This document shows positions 1 through 13,374 of a DNA stretch of 64,000 nucleotides, one piece after another. The stretch comes from Camelus dromedarius (lineage: Eukaryota), in NCBI RefSeq assembly GCF_036321535.1, contig NC_087437.1, positions 76,696,001 to 76,760,000 on the forward strand, written 5' to 3'. The position numbers and the translations under genes are program-made. Each line of letters starts with the position of its first letter. The first letter of the stretch is position 1. The notes below the pieces were generated by a model. It worked only from the letters and a program-made list of their open reading frames with translations. It was not told the DNA's origin and made no database searches.

Positions 1-200
1 TTTTTCTGTAGCACTTCGTATCTACCCTATTACATTTATCAGATGCTGCCTGGTGAGGTTGACAGTTGTGTGTGAGGTAGACCTATTAGACTGAAAGGTC
101 TGTGATAATTTATTCCTTTTGACATCTTTATATCATTGTTATTACTTATCAAAATAGTTAAAACATAGACGATGTTTAATACATGTTTATGAAGTTGATG
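1..200 (+). mobile_element. Degenerate LINE-2 3' fragment
   Basis: Resembles the L2 tail (CTATTAGACTG...AAAACATAGACGATGTTTAATACATGTTTATGAA); heavily diverged. Confidence 0.4.
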
Positions 201-3200
201 TCTGGATGTAGGTAAATATTATGAATAATATTTCTTTTCAAGAATTCACAAAAGGCTATTATTTTATATGATAAGGAATCAGATAGAAATCAGGTGAGGT
301 TGTCTTATGTCCTCAACGGATGATGTCTTTACTGAAAAACATCTGCTTTTGTTTACTAAACTGAAAACTTAGAGCATTGTCGATATCACTGTTTTTGTCA
401 AATAGAGAACAGTAATCTAAATTAAGTTTTGCAATTGAGTATGAAAAGTATTCTTTATATTACATATTACTTTGCACATTAAATTCTCATTGCTTTCTCC
501 ATTGGCCTAGGATTGCATAACAAGTGAGTGGTGGGAATGAAACTTATAAATAAATATATGTCTTTTAAAATCCAAGTCTTGTGTACTTTAAACATGCTTA
601 TTCCATTTTATTATACTTATTTTGGCTTTGAAACTTCCTCTCTTGAGACTGTCTCCTAACAGAAAGTCAAAGACAGTGTTCACCTCCCTTCAGAGTATGT
701 TTACATATAGCTGCACTAAACTTCATGCTCCCTCTGCGTATGTGGGAAAGTTCTTTTCAGATGTACTTACAGAGTTAGAATTAGAGTACTAAATTACACT
801 CAAAACCCCACTGGAGCTGATACACTGTGTTAAATTCAGAATATGAATTGTATTTTTTTTTGTACTACATAAAAACTATCTATCATGATTAGAGAAACTC
901 TGTTCTTTTTTATTTCTAAAGAAGATGTCACACGTACCAAGAATTATTTCCATATGGATGTTTAAAGTTGCTATTCCTGGATGATTTTAATTAATTTTGC
1001 AGAATTTGCATATCAGTGAATTACTGTTTGTCCCAGAATAATTAGAAATTGAAACAAAATAACTGATAAAGTCAGAAAAAGTGAAAACCTCACATATGTG
1101 GAGGCATTTTTTTCCATCTGTTGGCATGTATCTCTGAGGAAGACATTGACTACAGACTCTAAGATTATTTCCCCACAGTTGGCTCCTAAAAACTTGCTTT
1201 GTTTAATCTAGTGTTTCTCAAACCAAATTCCATGTATGTGTTGCCAGGAAATGTTAAATAAACTATATATCCTAAAATATTGTAAACATTAAAATTGTCT
1301 TTTTATTTCAATATTACTCTAAGTCAATTTAAGAATATTCTGAATTACCCCATAATCAAGTTAAAACTGAGTGTTCCCAAACAATTTTAGTTGTTAATTT
1401 AGTATTAGTTTTGTGATTCTGTTCAAAATAAGTGGTTACCATAGTTGATAGCATTTAGTTTTTAACGTATTAAGCATATCTGTAATTATCTTAGCATTTC
1501 TTAATATTAAAGTGGTTACTATCTGTCATGATATTCATGTTTGAATTTTTGTTATGAGGATATCTACCTTTGGATTCTTATATCAAAATGGTATCTGACA
1601 CAATTTTCATGTCTGACTTTTTAAAAGTTAGAGGTAAATTTATAGTGATACATTTCTATTAAAAACAATTTCATACATTGAAACTTTATTAAGCTACATA
1701 AAATATTGGGATCTGATATTATGAAAGAGCTGAGATAGAGTAATGTACCACTTGTAGTAGACTGAGAAGAAGAAAACAGGCTGATTGCAATGCAAATGAA
1801 ATATTTGCACCAAGTAAAGGTCAAATGATATCACAAAGGAACAGAGGTGACATGGACATGAGTATTTAGAGAAAAGTGGCCAAGGGATCGTGCCATCACA
1901 CCATCACTAGATTGCTGAAACTCAACTGCCTTACACAACAGCAGTCAGTACCATATTCATATTGTGAATTTTAGTTTAGCTTCAACAAAATGTCACTCAT
2001 CACATTAATGCTGTCACTCTGAATTTTTATTTTCTTGATTTTTTCTTTTTTTTTTTTTTTTAGTATTTGAAATAAATGCTTGGTTTTACAGTTGGGAGAG
2101 AATTAGGCACATGAGGAATTTATAGTGTTGTATGTTTGTATATATTTAAGCAAGTTAAAAATAATTTAAGTCAGCAACTGCTGATTGATAACACATCTTT
2201 TCCTTTATATGGGTCTCTCCTGCTGGAAGCATCAGCTTTAACCCTCATCATTCACATAGAGGTTTTAAAGGAAAAAACAAACATATTCTAAAAACCTACT
2301 ATGATCTATTTTTGAAATGGTATAACAGGTTTTCCAGTTTCAGAATTTAGAGCAATTCATTGTCACACATAGTTGACCAAAGCTTGGAGCGCTGATCTGC
2401 TGAAACAATATTAGGAAAAATATAAAGTTAACCTTTGAACTCTAAAACTTTTTTGAAATACTTAATTATGAGTCCCCGCTAGGTATGTGACACATTTCCT
2501 CATTAATGAACAATTGAAAGTAAAATGAAACAAGCTTGGTAATAGCTAGAAATAGGCTGATCCAATAAAGCTAACTTAACTTCCTCCTAAGGGAGAGTAA
2601 AAAAGTGATAAGAAGTTTGGAGTCTATACATATAGACATATGGTTCTTTTATTTATTCTTTCTTTCATGGATGTTTTTGTAATTTACCACTGATGTTTAG
2701 GCCAGTGGTCCACTTTTGCCATGAGATAATAGGAGGTGATAGTGGTTAAAAGCCCCCCCCCCCAACTACCTAGCTTTCTCCCTTAGTGGATATGGGAAGC
2801 TTGAGTTTCTTCCCATGATAAATCAATTACACTTTCAGAACTGCTGAAATTCTTGTACAGGATGTAGAAATGAGTCAAGTAGCTCTCTAGTGGGACTATT
2901 TATTTGATGCCTTGTTTTCATAAAAGACATGATGAGTGTTTGCAGAAGTTTCACAGTGGTCCTGAGATGCTATATTTGGAGCATAGATCCGTATAGTTAG
3001 GATTTATAGCATTAGTGTCACCTGCTGTTGAGCAGTACTTTCCTTTTCCTCCCTACCAGCCCCCTCTTTCCCTGCTCCTCCAAACCACTGCCACAGATCC
3101 ATGCTCCAACTATAGATTAAAAAGAAGTTACCAAATACTTAGTTCAAATGGTAAAATTAAATTATCATTATCTCCCTTTTCCCCTGTACCTCACTGGTGA

Positions 3201-4599
3201 GGATTACTGAAGCTTGGGAGGCAGGTACTTGTTGGAGACATGGAAAGTTATCTATGAACTTAGAGATGTGTCCATGGAATTTTTCACCAGCAGTTACAAA
3301 TTAGATACATAGAAAGGCTCTCATCCCAACAATTATGCTTAAAAAGTTTATTCCAGGGTCTTAAGTATTCAGAGGAATTTTCTAATATTTGATTGCACAG
3401 TCCTTCTGTAAATAACTTAAATGCTCTGGTTGAATAAGTAAACTGGCCAGTATTTCATTCTTGAAGTTTGGATTTTTAGATATATTCCTGGGGTTGTTTT
3501 TGTTTGTTTGTTTAACTGAAAATATTCACTCACAATTATTAGTGACATCTCACTTTCAAAGAAAATTGGATTCTTGCGTCTTAAGACACAAAACATTTTA
3601 CGAGATTTTTGCAATGTTTCAAAATGTTTGAAAAATTCTCTGGTTGCAATGTCTTAAAAGGCCACAAGTTGACAGTATTATTCCATGGAGGTCAGTCTCC
3701 ATCACTGATGTCCCCTTTTCACTGTGTTTCTGTCAGTCTACATTTCTTTCTCTACCTCTTTTCCTTTATCTGCCTGGGCCTGTCTTTCATTTTCTTTGCA
3801 GTATTTTTCCTCTGTGATTCTCCTCTCAAAGCTCTTGTTTTTTTATCCTTTTTTACTTTCCCATATGCCTTTAACTGTCCATAATATAGAACTGCATTTT
3901 AATATAAATATATGTGTACATATTTATTTAACACATGCATGTAGAAGTATGAACAATTTAAAATAGCACCAAATGTCAAGTAAAATTTTACTGCTAATCT
4001 TTTCTACTGAGACAGTATCTTGTGACTGCACATTCTAGTCATATTTTCATTTGATTAGGAATGAACTCATGTCTAGTGACATTGATGTCTTATCACCTCC
4101 TGAGTTTTGCTACCAATGTTACTGTTTTCACTTATTCTAAAATACTTAAATCTTTTTTTCTGTTTCATCAATTTTAGAACTATTTCAAGATGCATCACTA
4201 TGAAACAGCAGAAAAATAAGACTCTCTTCCCACTGTCTGTTCACCCCTCATAACCTTTAGTGTTCACTTCTGTGTACCATATAATTTCTTACGTATTTTT
4301 CAGTTTGTAACATTTACATTCTGTGAAGTAAGTAATTAATAGAATTCAATTAAAAATGAGTTTAAGATGCTTTGCTTATAGGTTGGTTTTAAAAATGACG
4401 AATAAAGGGCTTCTATAATTTAATGATTATAAAATATTGTGAATAGATCTATAGAGAAGGCATGTAATCCTATATCGTTTCAAAGAGAATGAGAATCTTG
4501 CAAGAGACAGGTCAAATGGATTCACATTCTTATATTTAAATCCTTGTTCCAAATCAAGTGATAATGAAAGATAAGCTCCAAACAGAGAATGTACTTGAA

Positions 4600-5510
4600 C
4601 ATCACACATCTAATAAAAGACTTAAGTCTGGAACATATAGCAATCACTCAAAACTCAATAGTAATAAGGCAAACAACCCAGTTTTTAAAGTAAGCAAATA
4701 AGCAGTCACTTCACAAAAGAGCAAATAGTGATGGAAATGAGCATATGAAAAAATACTCCATGTTATTGGTCATTAGGAAAATGCACACTTAAACCACAAT
4801 CAGTTACCACTGCATACATAGTAAAATAGCTGAAAAATAAAACAAAGTAAAGCAAACATGCCAGTTTAATGTGCTGACAAGTATGTGGAGTAGCTGCATT
4901 GCCAATATTTTGTTAGTAGACTAGAATGCAGAACAGCACAGCTACTTTGGAAAACAGTCCGGCAGTTTCTTATATATTACATATGCACTCATTGTATGAC
5001 CCAACAATCCCACTCAGGTATTTACCCTAGAGAAATGAAAACTTATGTACACACAGAACCTGTATACAAATATTTATAGAAGCTCTTTGACCAAAGCCAG
5101 AAATGATCCAAAGTTCTTCAGTGAGTGAATAGATAAATTATGGCACATGGATACACTGGAATACTCCTCAGCAGTGAAAAGGAACACACTGTTGATCAAC
5201 ACATCAACACAGATGGATCTTGAAGGTCTTATGTGGTGTTGAGAAGCCTGTTTCAAAAGTTACTTACTGTACGATTGCACATATATGACATCTTGGAAAA
5301 GGCAAAACTGTAGTGATAATCAAAAGATCAGTGGTTGCCAAAGGTTAGACATAGGGAGATAGTGTAACTACAGAGGAGAAGCATTCTGGAGATTTTTGGG
5401 AATTGGGAAAACTGTTTTGTATCCTGCTGGTAGTGGCATTAATATGTGTTAATACTCAAAAGAATTATACATAAAAAGCCAATTTTACTCTGTTAATTAA
5501 AAAAAAAGAT
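4600..5510 (+). mobile_element. Old LINE-1 (L1MC/ME-like) ORF2 end and 3' UTR
   Basis: L1 motifs AAAACTCAATAGTAA..., CACTTCACAAAAGAG, GGTATTTACCCTAGAGAAATGAAAAC, GGAATACTCCTCAGCAGTGAAAAGG; A-rich tail near 5500. Confidence 0.85.
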
Positions 5511-5849
5511 AAAGTAAAATAAATCATACCATCTACTAGTTGCTTCAGATCTGAAGCATAACTTTTTTTGGAAACATTTTCCCAGAATTTCCTATTCCCT
5601 TTTAACCTATTTACTTTAAAATAAAGCTAAAATAAAGTTTAACTATGTACTTTTCATAATACTGCAAATATATTCCAACTTCTTAATAATAATATATGTT
5701 ACATGGAATTTGTTTTTTTCTTGAAAGCATTCTTGGAGATACTCTGGCCTTAAAATTTTCTAATTTTAACTGAATACTTGCTATGTGTGGTGCACTATTA
5801 TTATCCAGAATTTCTTTACATTTTTACTCCTGAGTCAGTTAATGTTGTT

Positions 5850-6053
5850 TGATGGATTTCAAGTCTTATTTCTCAGAATACTTTTTCAAATCTTAGATTA
5901 TTTTTTGATAAGAGGTGTATAGGAGGTAAGAATTATGTATTGCTTATCTGAAAATATGTTTTGCTTTCATGCTTGATAATAGTTAGGCTTAGTATAGAAA
6001 TTTAGTTTCCCTGTATATACTGATACTGATAACAAGTCTGTTACCAAGCTGAT
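5850..6053 (-). mobile_element. Old L1 ORF1-region fragment, left part, split by the provirus
   Basis: Antisense L1 ORF1-like text (CTGAAAATATGTTTTG...GATAACAAGTCTG) that continues at ~9093. Confidence 0.55.
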
Positions 6054-6586
6054 TGTCTTAATTTGGTTTCCTCATGAAAGCAGAACCTAAGGGAAAGGCT
6101 TGGGTACAGGTAGTTTATTTTGGTATCAATTTGAAGTTTCAGAAGTGAGAGACAGGGGACAGTGAGATTGGGAAGGAAAAGAATTCAATGTAACAGTACT
6201 TTCTCAAAGTGGCTGCTGTGGGCAGCAGGGATCAATTCCTGCAGCGTCTTCTGAAAAATGTACATAATATTGCCCAGATTTTTCCACCTGGAGGACAGGA
6301 GGCTGGAGTATTAGTATGCAGGCTACAACTCCTCATTGGTTGGTTGTTTCTCTCTAGGCATATTAGATTTCCCCTTACCACTGCCATTTGTTGTCAGTAC
6401 TTCCAAGTTCTTACAATGTTGGAGAAGGTTCTGAGGCAAAATACAAAAGGATGCATACTTAACGTGTGTTGCTGTCAGCGTTAGGTAAGTTTGAGTTCAC
6501 GTAGAACTGTCTGCTGCTGCAGCTGAGAATGAAATCACAAGTGGGTTGATAGGATGTGACCCATTGCACCAGCATTGTCTGGTCCA
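6054..6586 (-). mobile_element. ERVL LTR (LTR33-like), 3' LTR of provirus
   Basis: Starts TGTCTTA; AAGCAGAACCTAAG...GTAGTTTATTT (AATAAA on minus strand); homologous to 8556-9087. Confidence 0.75.
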
Positions 6587-6890
6587 CTTGCATTATCTAG
6601 ATTTCCATATGTTCCTCATTAAGTTCACTCTGTTTCTGATACTTCAAAGTGATAATCATCTGGAATCTTAACATGATTTTGTACAGTCTTAGTGAAACAG
6701 ACTTTAGTCCCCAGTGCTGCCACTGCTTCCAGCATCATGACGGATATTCATTATCCCTTTCCTCTGGGACCCATTCTAGATTTTTCTCATCTTTGGCCAG
6801 AGCTTCAGCTGGTCTGAATTGCTTGCCTAGTGCTATAACCAAAAACTTAATCTCTGAAAAGTCGGTGAGATTGCCCAGAACTTCTTCCTT
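6587..6890 (-). mobile_element. ERVL internal 3' remnant (pol/integrase C-terminus)
   Basis: Minus-strand 6812-6744 translates PAEALAKDEKNLEWVPEERDNEY, resembling the ERVL pol end (PAEVLAEGKGNTEWVVEEG..Y). Confidence 0.7.
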
Positions 6891-7400
6891 GATTACTGAC
6901 TGTCTAGTACTGGATAATAAACCGCTGCAAAATTCAGTGGCTTCAAATCACATTGCCTCTATGATTCTGTTTGTTGACTGGGCTTAGCTGGTGGTGTTTG
7001 CTTGGGATCTCTCCTCTGGTTTCAATCAGAGATGCTGGTGCTGGCATCGTCAGAAGACTCAGCTGATCTGGATGTCCAAGATGGCTAACACACATGGCTA
7101 GTAGTTGCTGATTGTTGTCTGGGTGTTCAGCTGGGGCTGTTGATTAGAGGTCTTACATATTGCCTTTCCATGTGTCTTAGGCACCTTATAATATATGGCA
7201 GCTGAGTTTTAGAAGTAAGTTTTCCAAGAGACAGAAAGTGGAAACTGCCGGTTTCTTGAGACCATGACCTGGAACCTGGCATTGTGTAACTTGCTCTGTA
7301 TCTTATTAGTCAAAGCAATTACAGAGCCTGCCCAAATTTAAAGAAATGGCCATAAATCTCACTCTTGGTAAGAGGATTGTCTTTTTTATAGAAATAACCC
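6891..7400 (-). mobile_element. MaLR LTR (MLT1F/H-like)
   Basis: AAAATTCAGTGGCTT, CTGGGCTTAGCTGG, GTCCAAGATGGCT, TCAGCTGGGGCTG and GTCAAAGCAATTACAGAGCCTGCCCA are typical MLT1 blocks. Confidence 0.8.
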
Positions 7401-7568
7401 ATATTTACAACTAAGTAGTTTTCTTAGGCTACTTCCTGTTTAGATACCCAGAGATAGATTTTCATTTCATTTAGTCTTGTTTCTCTCTCTTTCAATACTA
7501 GCTGATATCATTCTTTAAAAATCTCTGTAGACTTCCTATGTATCAATTTATAATCCAGTGCTTTAGAT

Positions 7569-7801
7569 CAGTGGTTCTGGAATGGAGATAATCCCCTCTC
7601 CATCAGGTGACATTTGGAAGATCTGGAAACCATTTTTATTGTCGGAAGTGCAGGGGGCACTCCTGGCAACTGCTTGGTGGAGCCCAGGGTTGCTGCTAAG
7701 CATTCTACAGGATGTGGGACAACAGAACAACCTCCTCCAGTCGCCTTAAACAAAGAATCATCTGGCACAAAATATTAATACTGCCAAGGTTGAGATACTT
7801 A
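7569..7801 (+). mobile_element. MER20 hAT-Charlie MITE
   Basis: CAGTGGTTCT start, GACATTTGG, GCCCAGGGTTGCTGCTAAGCATTCTACA; 8-bp TSD CTTTAGAT (7561-7568) / CTTTAGAC (7802-7809). Confidence 0.9.
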
Positions 7802-8139
7802 CTTTAGACAACAGACACACTCATGAATTTCTTTGAGACAGATTCTTCTCTATCTTTGGTCCCCTGTGGGACAATGTCCTTAAATTAAGATTATTAGAAA
7901 TCTTTATGTTTAATACAGTGGGTCTACAAGGCCATTTGTCTGGAATTTCATTTACCTTCTTAGCTCTTTCTGAAGTTTATCAAGGAACTTACACTCCCGC
8001 ATGGTTAGATGATTGTTTTTAAGAAATTCATACTGTAAGAATCTTTTCCAGAGGGATTGGAGATGAAAAAGTCTTATTTATGATTTCAGAAAGCTTAACC
8101 CTTATGTTTCATTTAAATTCTGTGAAAAAAAAAAAGAGT

Positions 8140-8555
8140 TTCTCTTTTATTTCTCTTTTCTTATATTATAGGCAGCTGAAAGAAGCCAGTTGAGGTTTGA
8201 AATTTGCCTCTGAATCTCCCCAGGCATCCACAATTCCATTGGGTACCCTTTCTAGTTTCCTCATTAATGCACATGGCAGTGTTGCCAAATTTTCTGCCAC
8301 TGCATAAAGAATATCCTTTTTCCTTTGGCCTCCAATAACATTTTCCTCACTGTATTCAAACCCTCACTAACAGCCTCCTCAAGGTCCTTCCAGGTTTCAC
8401 TAACAGGTTTCTGCAGACTTTTCCAGCTTCTGCCTATCACATAGTCCCAAAGCTATGAAGTTCTACTTAGTAGTAAAGGTTTACCTTGCTCCTGCCAGGC
8501 TGTTGTTGTTGAAACAACTCATTCATCATTGTTACCATGCGTGCAAGCACCAAAA
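8140..8555 (-). mobile_element. MaLR (MLT1-int-like) leader and gag-like remnant
   Basis: Minus-strand 8348-~8150 reads EENVIGGQRKKDILYAVAENLATL...NWLLSAAY, resembling the MaLR internal ORF; leader-like text abuts the LTR. Confidence 0.65.
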
Positions 8556-9087
8556 TTTTAGTTAGTTTTTCCCCAAACTAAAGTGTGAGGAAAGGACTTC
8601 GGTGCAGGTCATTTATTTGCAATGAGATCCCAGGAAACAGGGTTGAGGAAGGAGAATAGTAAGACAAAGAACGAGGAAAAGATATTTTACAGTGTATTAA
8701 TGAAGTTGCTGCTGTGGTACACAGGGGCTTTAGTCTGTTAGGATCTTTTGAAAAGCACATATAATGCCACCTAGAATTATCTACTGGAAAGACAGGGAGG
8801 TGGATCATTTATTTACCAGCTCCTCTGCTACTAAGGTTGCTCCTGGGTGTGACTCTTGCATTTTGGAATATGCTGGTCTGTGAGCACAGGAGCTCCTGTA
8901 GGCTTGGAGAGAAGGCTTAGAGGCAGAAAGAGAAAAGGCACACAGTCTGCACTTGAGCTGGGATGCTGTCTCTGTGAGATGTATCTCAGTTCCCTTGGAA
9001 TATCCTCTCCAGATGCAGCTGAAAGCAGATTGAAGCAACAGGCTGTGATGTGGCTGGGGGGCACAGGCACTGGAAATGTCTGCCACA
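8556..9087 (-). mobile_element. ERVL LTR (LTR33-like), 5' LTR of provirus
   Basis: Same orientation as and homologous to 6054-6586; ends ...TGTCTGCCACA, followed by CTGAA. Confidence 0.75.
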
Positions 9088-9092
9088 CTGAA

Positions 9093-9530
9093 ACTCATTA
9101 CTTGGGAGCATACCTTATTTTTCTTTCTGAAAACTTTTAGAGTTTTATCTTCATCCTAGATGTGTTAGAATTTCATAATTTTAGGTGTAGGTGTTTTAAA
9201 ATTCATCCTTTTTTGCACTTGGTGACCCCTTTAAGTAGGAAGTCTCATATCTCCTTTTAACTCTGGGATTTTGAATTCCTAAATGATTTCCTTTCTTCCA
9301 TTTTCCTTGTTCTTTCTGAAAATTCTTTTTGTTAGGAATTGGATCTTTTGTATTTTTCATCTCTTTGTCTTTTTGCTGTATATTCGGGGAGGTTTCTTAG
9401 CTTTTATTAGCCAGCCTTTCTACTGAACTTTTGATTTCAGTAACAGTATGCTTAATTTCTAAGAAATCATTCTTAGATATTCTCTGTTTTTTTCATGGTG
9501 GTCCATTCTTGTTACATGAATGTGTTATCA
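9093..9530 (-). mobile_element. Old L1 (L1ME-like) ORF1 fragment, right part
   Basis: T-rich antisense L1 ORF1-like text continuing from 6053. Confidence 0.6.
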
Positions 9531-9544
9531 AATGGAACTGAATA

Positions 9545-9640
9545 TTATACACACACACACATGTGTGTATATATACACATATATGTATACACACATATGT
9601 GTATATACACACACACATATATAATGTGTGTGTGTGTGTA
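9545..9640. repeat. Compound (CA)n/(TA)n/(TG)n microsatellite
   Basis: Directly visible; CA arms followed by TG arms. Confidence 0.95.
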
Positions 9641-9889
9641 TTGTTTCCTTATTATCTGTGTTTTCTCCAGGATCAGGATCAGTTATTTGGCTTCTTCTCC
9701 TTGGTACTTTTCTTTGTACTGATGATTTTTCCCATTGTCTCATGATAATTGTATTTCCATTAATCTTTATGAATAAAATACAATGTTAATTGACTTAAGT
9801 TTCTAGAGAAAGTTCCTTCTGCTGCTCTGTAGATTTGTTTTTCAAACCATCAAACATTTTCCTTGTCCAGGAGTGCAGACTGCAAACTC

Positions 9890-9928
9890 TGTGTGTGTGT
9901 GTGTGTGTGCGCGCGCATATGTGTGTGT
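9890..9928. repeat. (TG)n(CG)n alternating purine-pyrimidine tract
   Basis: TGTG...TGCGCGCGCATATGTGTGTGT. Confidence 0.95.
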
Positions 9929-11899
9929 AGTGTTATTGGCAACACGCAGATTTCATTTTCAAGTATATAGATGAGAAGCAGGCAAGCATACTGCACACAG
10001 GATTCCCCTAGGAAAAAAAGGACACTTTAATCTGGGCACAAAATCCCCCACATGGAACACTTGCTGTTCCCAAGCAACTGATTCGATTTCTTTAGAAAAC
10101 AGTCCTCTGGTTTGTGCTCACTGAGCATGCAAGACCTGCCATTCACCATTTGCATGGGAGTGGGGGTTTGTGGGGAGGAGCCAGACTGCAGTGATGTGGA
10201 CACTTTTTGAATTATTTCCTTTGATAGCTCCTCTCTAGTTTTTTCTTCCTAGACCTGCCAGTTTTTAGCTTTGGGCTTCTCTCAGTTTCTCTAGAAAGAA
10301 CAGTTACTACAACCACAGCCAACTCAATAGCTGCACATTCCAGATGGAAGACTCTTTCTGAAATGGTTATTAGCTCTTTTAAAGAAAGTGGTGCAGCCTT
10401 CTGGTCAGTTGCTTCTCAGCCTCTGAGGCTCTGAGCCACTGCTTCCCGAGTTTTGCCCTTTCACCACTGCCCCACTCACTAAAGCCATTGCCCTAAGCAG
10501 CAATGCTTTTACTGCATTTAACCTTGGCTGCTTCTCCAGGAGTACTGTCTTTGACACAAGCTGGGGGTGGGGTGGGAATTGGGGCATCAGTGACCCTTCC
10601 CTGGGTATTAAGTATTGGACGGTCCTTGGTGGCCACATTTTCAACTGTGTCTACAAAAGTGATAGCTAGTTGGGATAGTGGAGTGGATGGGAAAATGAGA
10701 GTTAGCAAGTATGAGAAAAAGAAATAAAACAAACTGGCAGAAAGAAGGAGAGGTCAAAAGAATCCTGTTTACTTCAGAGGTCTGTCAAGCTCTCTGCCCT
10801 TGTGTTGTACATGACATCCTTGTAGCCTGGGTTTCTCATATTGCCTAGAGTGGTTTCTGTAGCTTGAGGCACACACAGGTAAAATTTAAGTGACTCCACC
10901 ACCCCTCCTTTAGTGAGCTGTAAAGAATAGTGAGTGATCAGTTGTTTTTAATGAATGCTATCCCAAGTTTCTTCCAATGAAATTTGACACTTCTAGTCAT
11001 GAAGCCAAGTGTTAAAAGGGTTTCACAATCTTAACATGATTTTAAATTATCTACAATAGTTTAAAAACTATTACTCTAAGATAATCTTCATAGATGCCTT
11101 TCATCCTTTCAGTTGGAGCTCCCACAAAAGGAGAAATCCTTGAATGCCTGAGGCCTTCAGGCGGAGGAATTTGACAGGCTTGGAGGAATGAACATGGGGC
11201 ACAGCTGGACAAAGTCGTACAGTTTTGACTGGGAAAGTTAAGGGACAGTGGGGTCAAAAGAAATCAGTCAAGGGTGCCAGGAGCTAAACGCAAATTGGAG
11301 ACAGTCCTAACTCTGAAAATAAATGAAATGTTGGAAGGAATTGAGAGTGGAAGAATTCATAGAGAGGAACTTCCATTAAGTTTACATTATATTATTATTC
11401 ATTTAGTAACAAACTCTGTCCTCTGGTCCCTGAAGTAGGGGAACCTGCTAAAAGCATAAGTGTGACTAACCATTTTCTGAAGGCTGAGCAAGATTTAGGG
11501 TTAATAAGGAACAACATTAACACATAGTCTGAACATCACAAAAACAATATGATAAAAGTCATGCTTAAGGTTTTGAAGACTAAAATATTTCAAAAGAGAT
11601 CACTTTAGGTTACTAAGAATATAGATGTGCAAAATATCAACTCCTGAGGGAATTATCATGTGTTTGTTTTAGAAATGCTTACTGCCTTGAGAATTGTTAT
11701 AAAATACATACAAATATTAGGAACCAAACAAAACAACTTCTCTTTTGGTCTGAATGCTTTAAAACTACGTTTAAAATAAAGGAAAACAAGAAGGGCCAAG
11801 TCCCCATCTAGGCTTTCCTTTCTGTAAGCTCTCCCTTCTCCACTTCCTACACCGTATTTCAGACAAGTATCAGTTTTATCTTAGACTAGTTATAGTAAA

Positions 11900-12085
11900 A
11901 ATAACCTAAAGCACCTGTTATATGACAGTTCTCTCAGGAATGCTACCATGTAAGATGACTATTATTATTCCCATTTGCAATTGATGGAATAGGTCGGAGA
12001 AGTTAAGTATTTCCCAAGGTCCCTCAGCTAGTAAGTGGTAGAAACCTTTGGTCCCTCAAGCCTGTCCTTCTAACCACTACACATT
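11900..12085 (-). mobile_element. MIR SINE
   Basis: Core ATTATTCCCATTTG...GAGAAGTTAAGTATTTCCCAAGGTCCCTCAGCTAGTAAGTGG. Confidence 0.8.
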
Positions 12086-12756
12086 CACAGTACATAATCT
12101 CCAAGTTATATTTCAGGCAACCACCTGTCCTCATCTGCTTTTTGTTGGTAAATTCTCCCAACCTGCAGACCAGGCTGAAAGAGGGAGTTGTCAGATTTGT
12201 ACCAGGTAAACTCCTGCCTCTGCATACAAAGAGTTCAACTAGAAACGTATGTCTCACAAACAGTGCTGATCAACTCATATCCTGAAAATTTATAATTAGA
12301 ACAATAGAAGATAAGCCAGTTAACCAAAAGGAGCTGCAGTGAGAGAACTTAGAGAGTTAGGATAGTTTTGCTGCAATATTGTGCCAACCCCATGTGCAAA
12401 ATGCAGTTGTGGGAGGGTGGAAACTGAGGGTGAACAGAAGAATCCACTTAGCACTACAAGTAATCTCTCTGCTTTAGTATTTTTGCTTATCTTCCGGAAA
12501 GATTGTAGCAATTTACACTTTCTGCAACTGTCTGAGACCACCTTTCCCTTACCTTCATTAAAAGCTGGGTTGTCCATCTTTTGTTGTTGTTTATGCCAGT
12601 TGTTTGGTCAGAATGGTATTCTTATTTCCATATTTGGGATTAATGGTGAGTTAAATGTCTTTTACTTTATTTTTATATATTCTTGACCACTTCTGTTTCT
12701 TATGGTGTGAATTTTCCGTTTACATCTTTTGCCAATGTTTCTATTGGTTTGATCTT

Positions 12757-13050
12757 TCTTTTCCCCAGTTTAGAGATACAGTTGCCATATAACTTTGTAT
12801 TAGTTTAAGGTGTACAACATGATTTGATATATGTATATATTGCAAAATGAATACCACAGTGAGTTTGGTTAACATCCATCACCTTACCTAGTTACAATAT
12901 TTTTCTTACGATGAGGACTTTTAAGATCTACTCTCTCAGCATCTTTCATATATACAAAACAATATTCTTAACTATAGTTACCATGCTGTATATTATATCC
13001 CCAGTACTTATTTATCTTATAACTGGGAGTTTGTACACTTTCAGCCATTT
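12757..13050 (-). mobile_element. L1MA-like 3' UTR fragment
   Basis: TTTAAGGTGTACAACATG, AACATCCATCACC, TTTAAGATCTACTCTCTCAGCA; same family as 19048-19560. Confidence 0.9.
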
Positions 13051-13374
13051 CCTCCAGTGATATGTAAGAGTTCCTGGTTTATTAACAACATTGTAATTCT
13101 TCATCATGTTTTACATATTTTTTTTCTAACTTTTTTTTCACTTGATACACAGTTGACTTCCTTGGCCCTTGTTTTGTCCCTTCCCGTATCACTACCTGAG
13201 TGCTCTTTCCAAAATCCAAATATAATCTTGAATGTCTCCTATTTTAAAAGTGTTCAGTAACTCGCTGGCACTTAGTAATTTCTTTGCAAAGGCTGTGAAT
13301 TGGCACACAGAGCTCTTCACCGTATGACTGCTGTGTCTCTAATGGCTTCATTCTCTGTATAACTAAATACTCCT

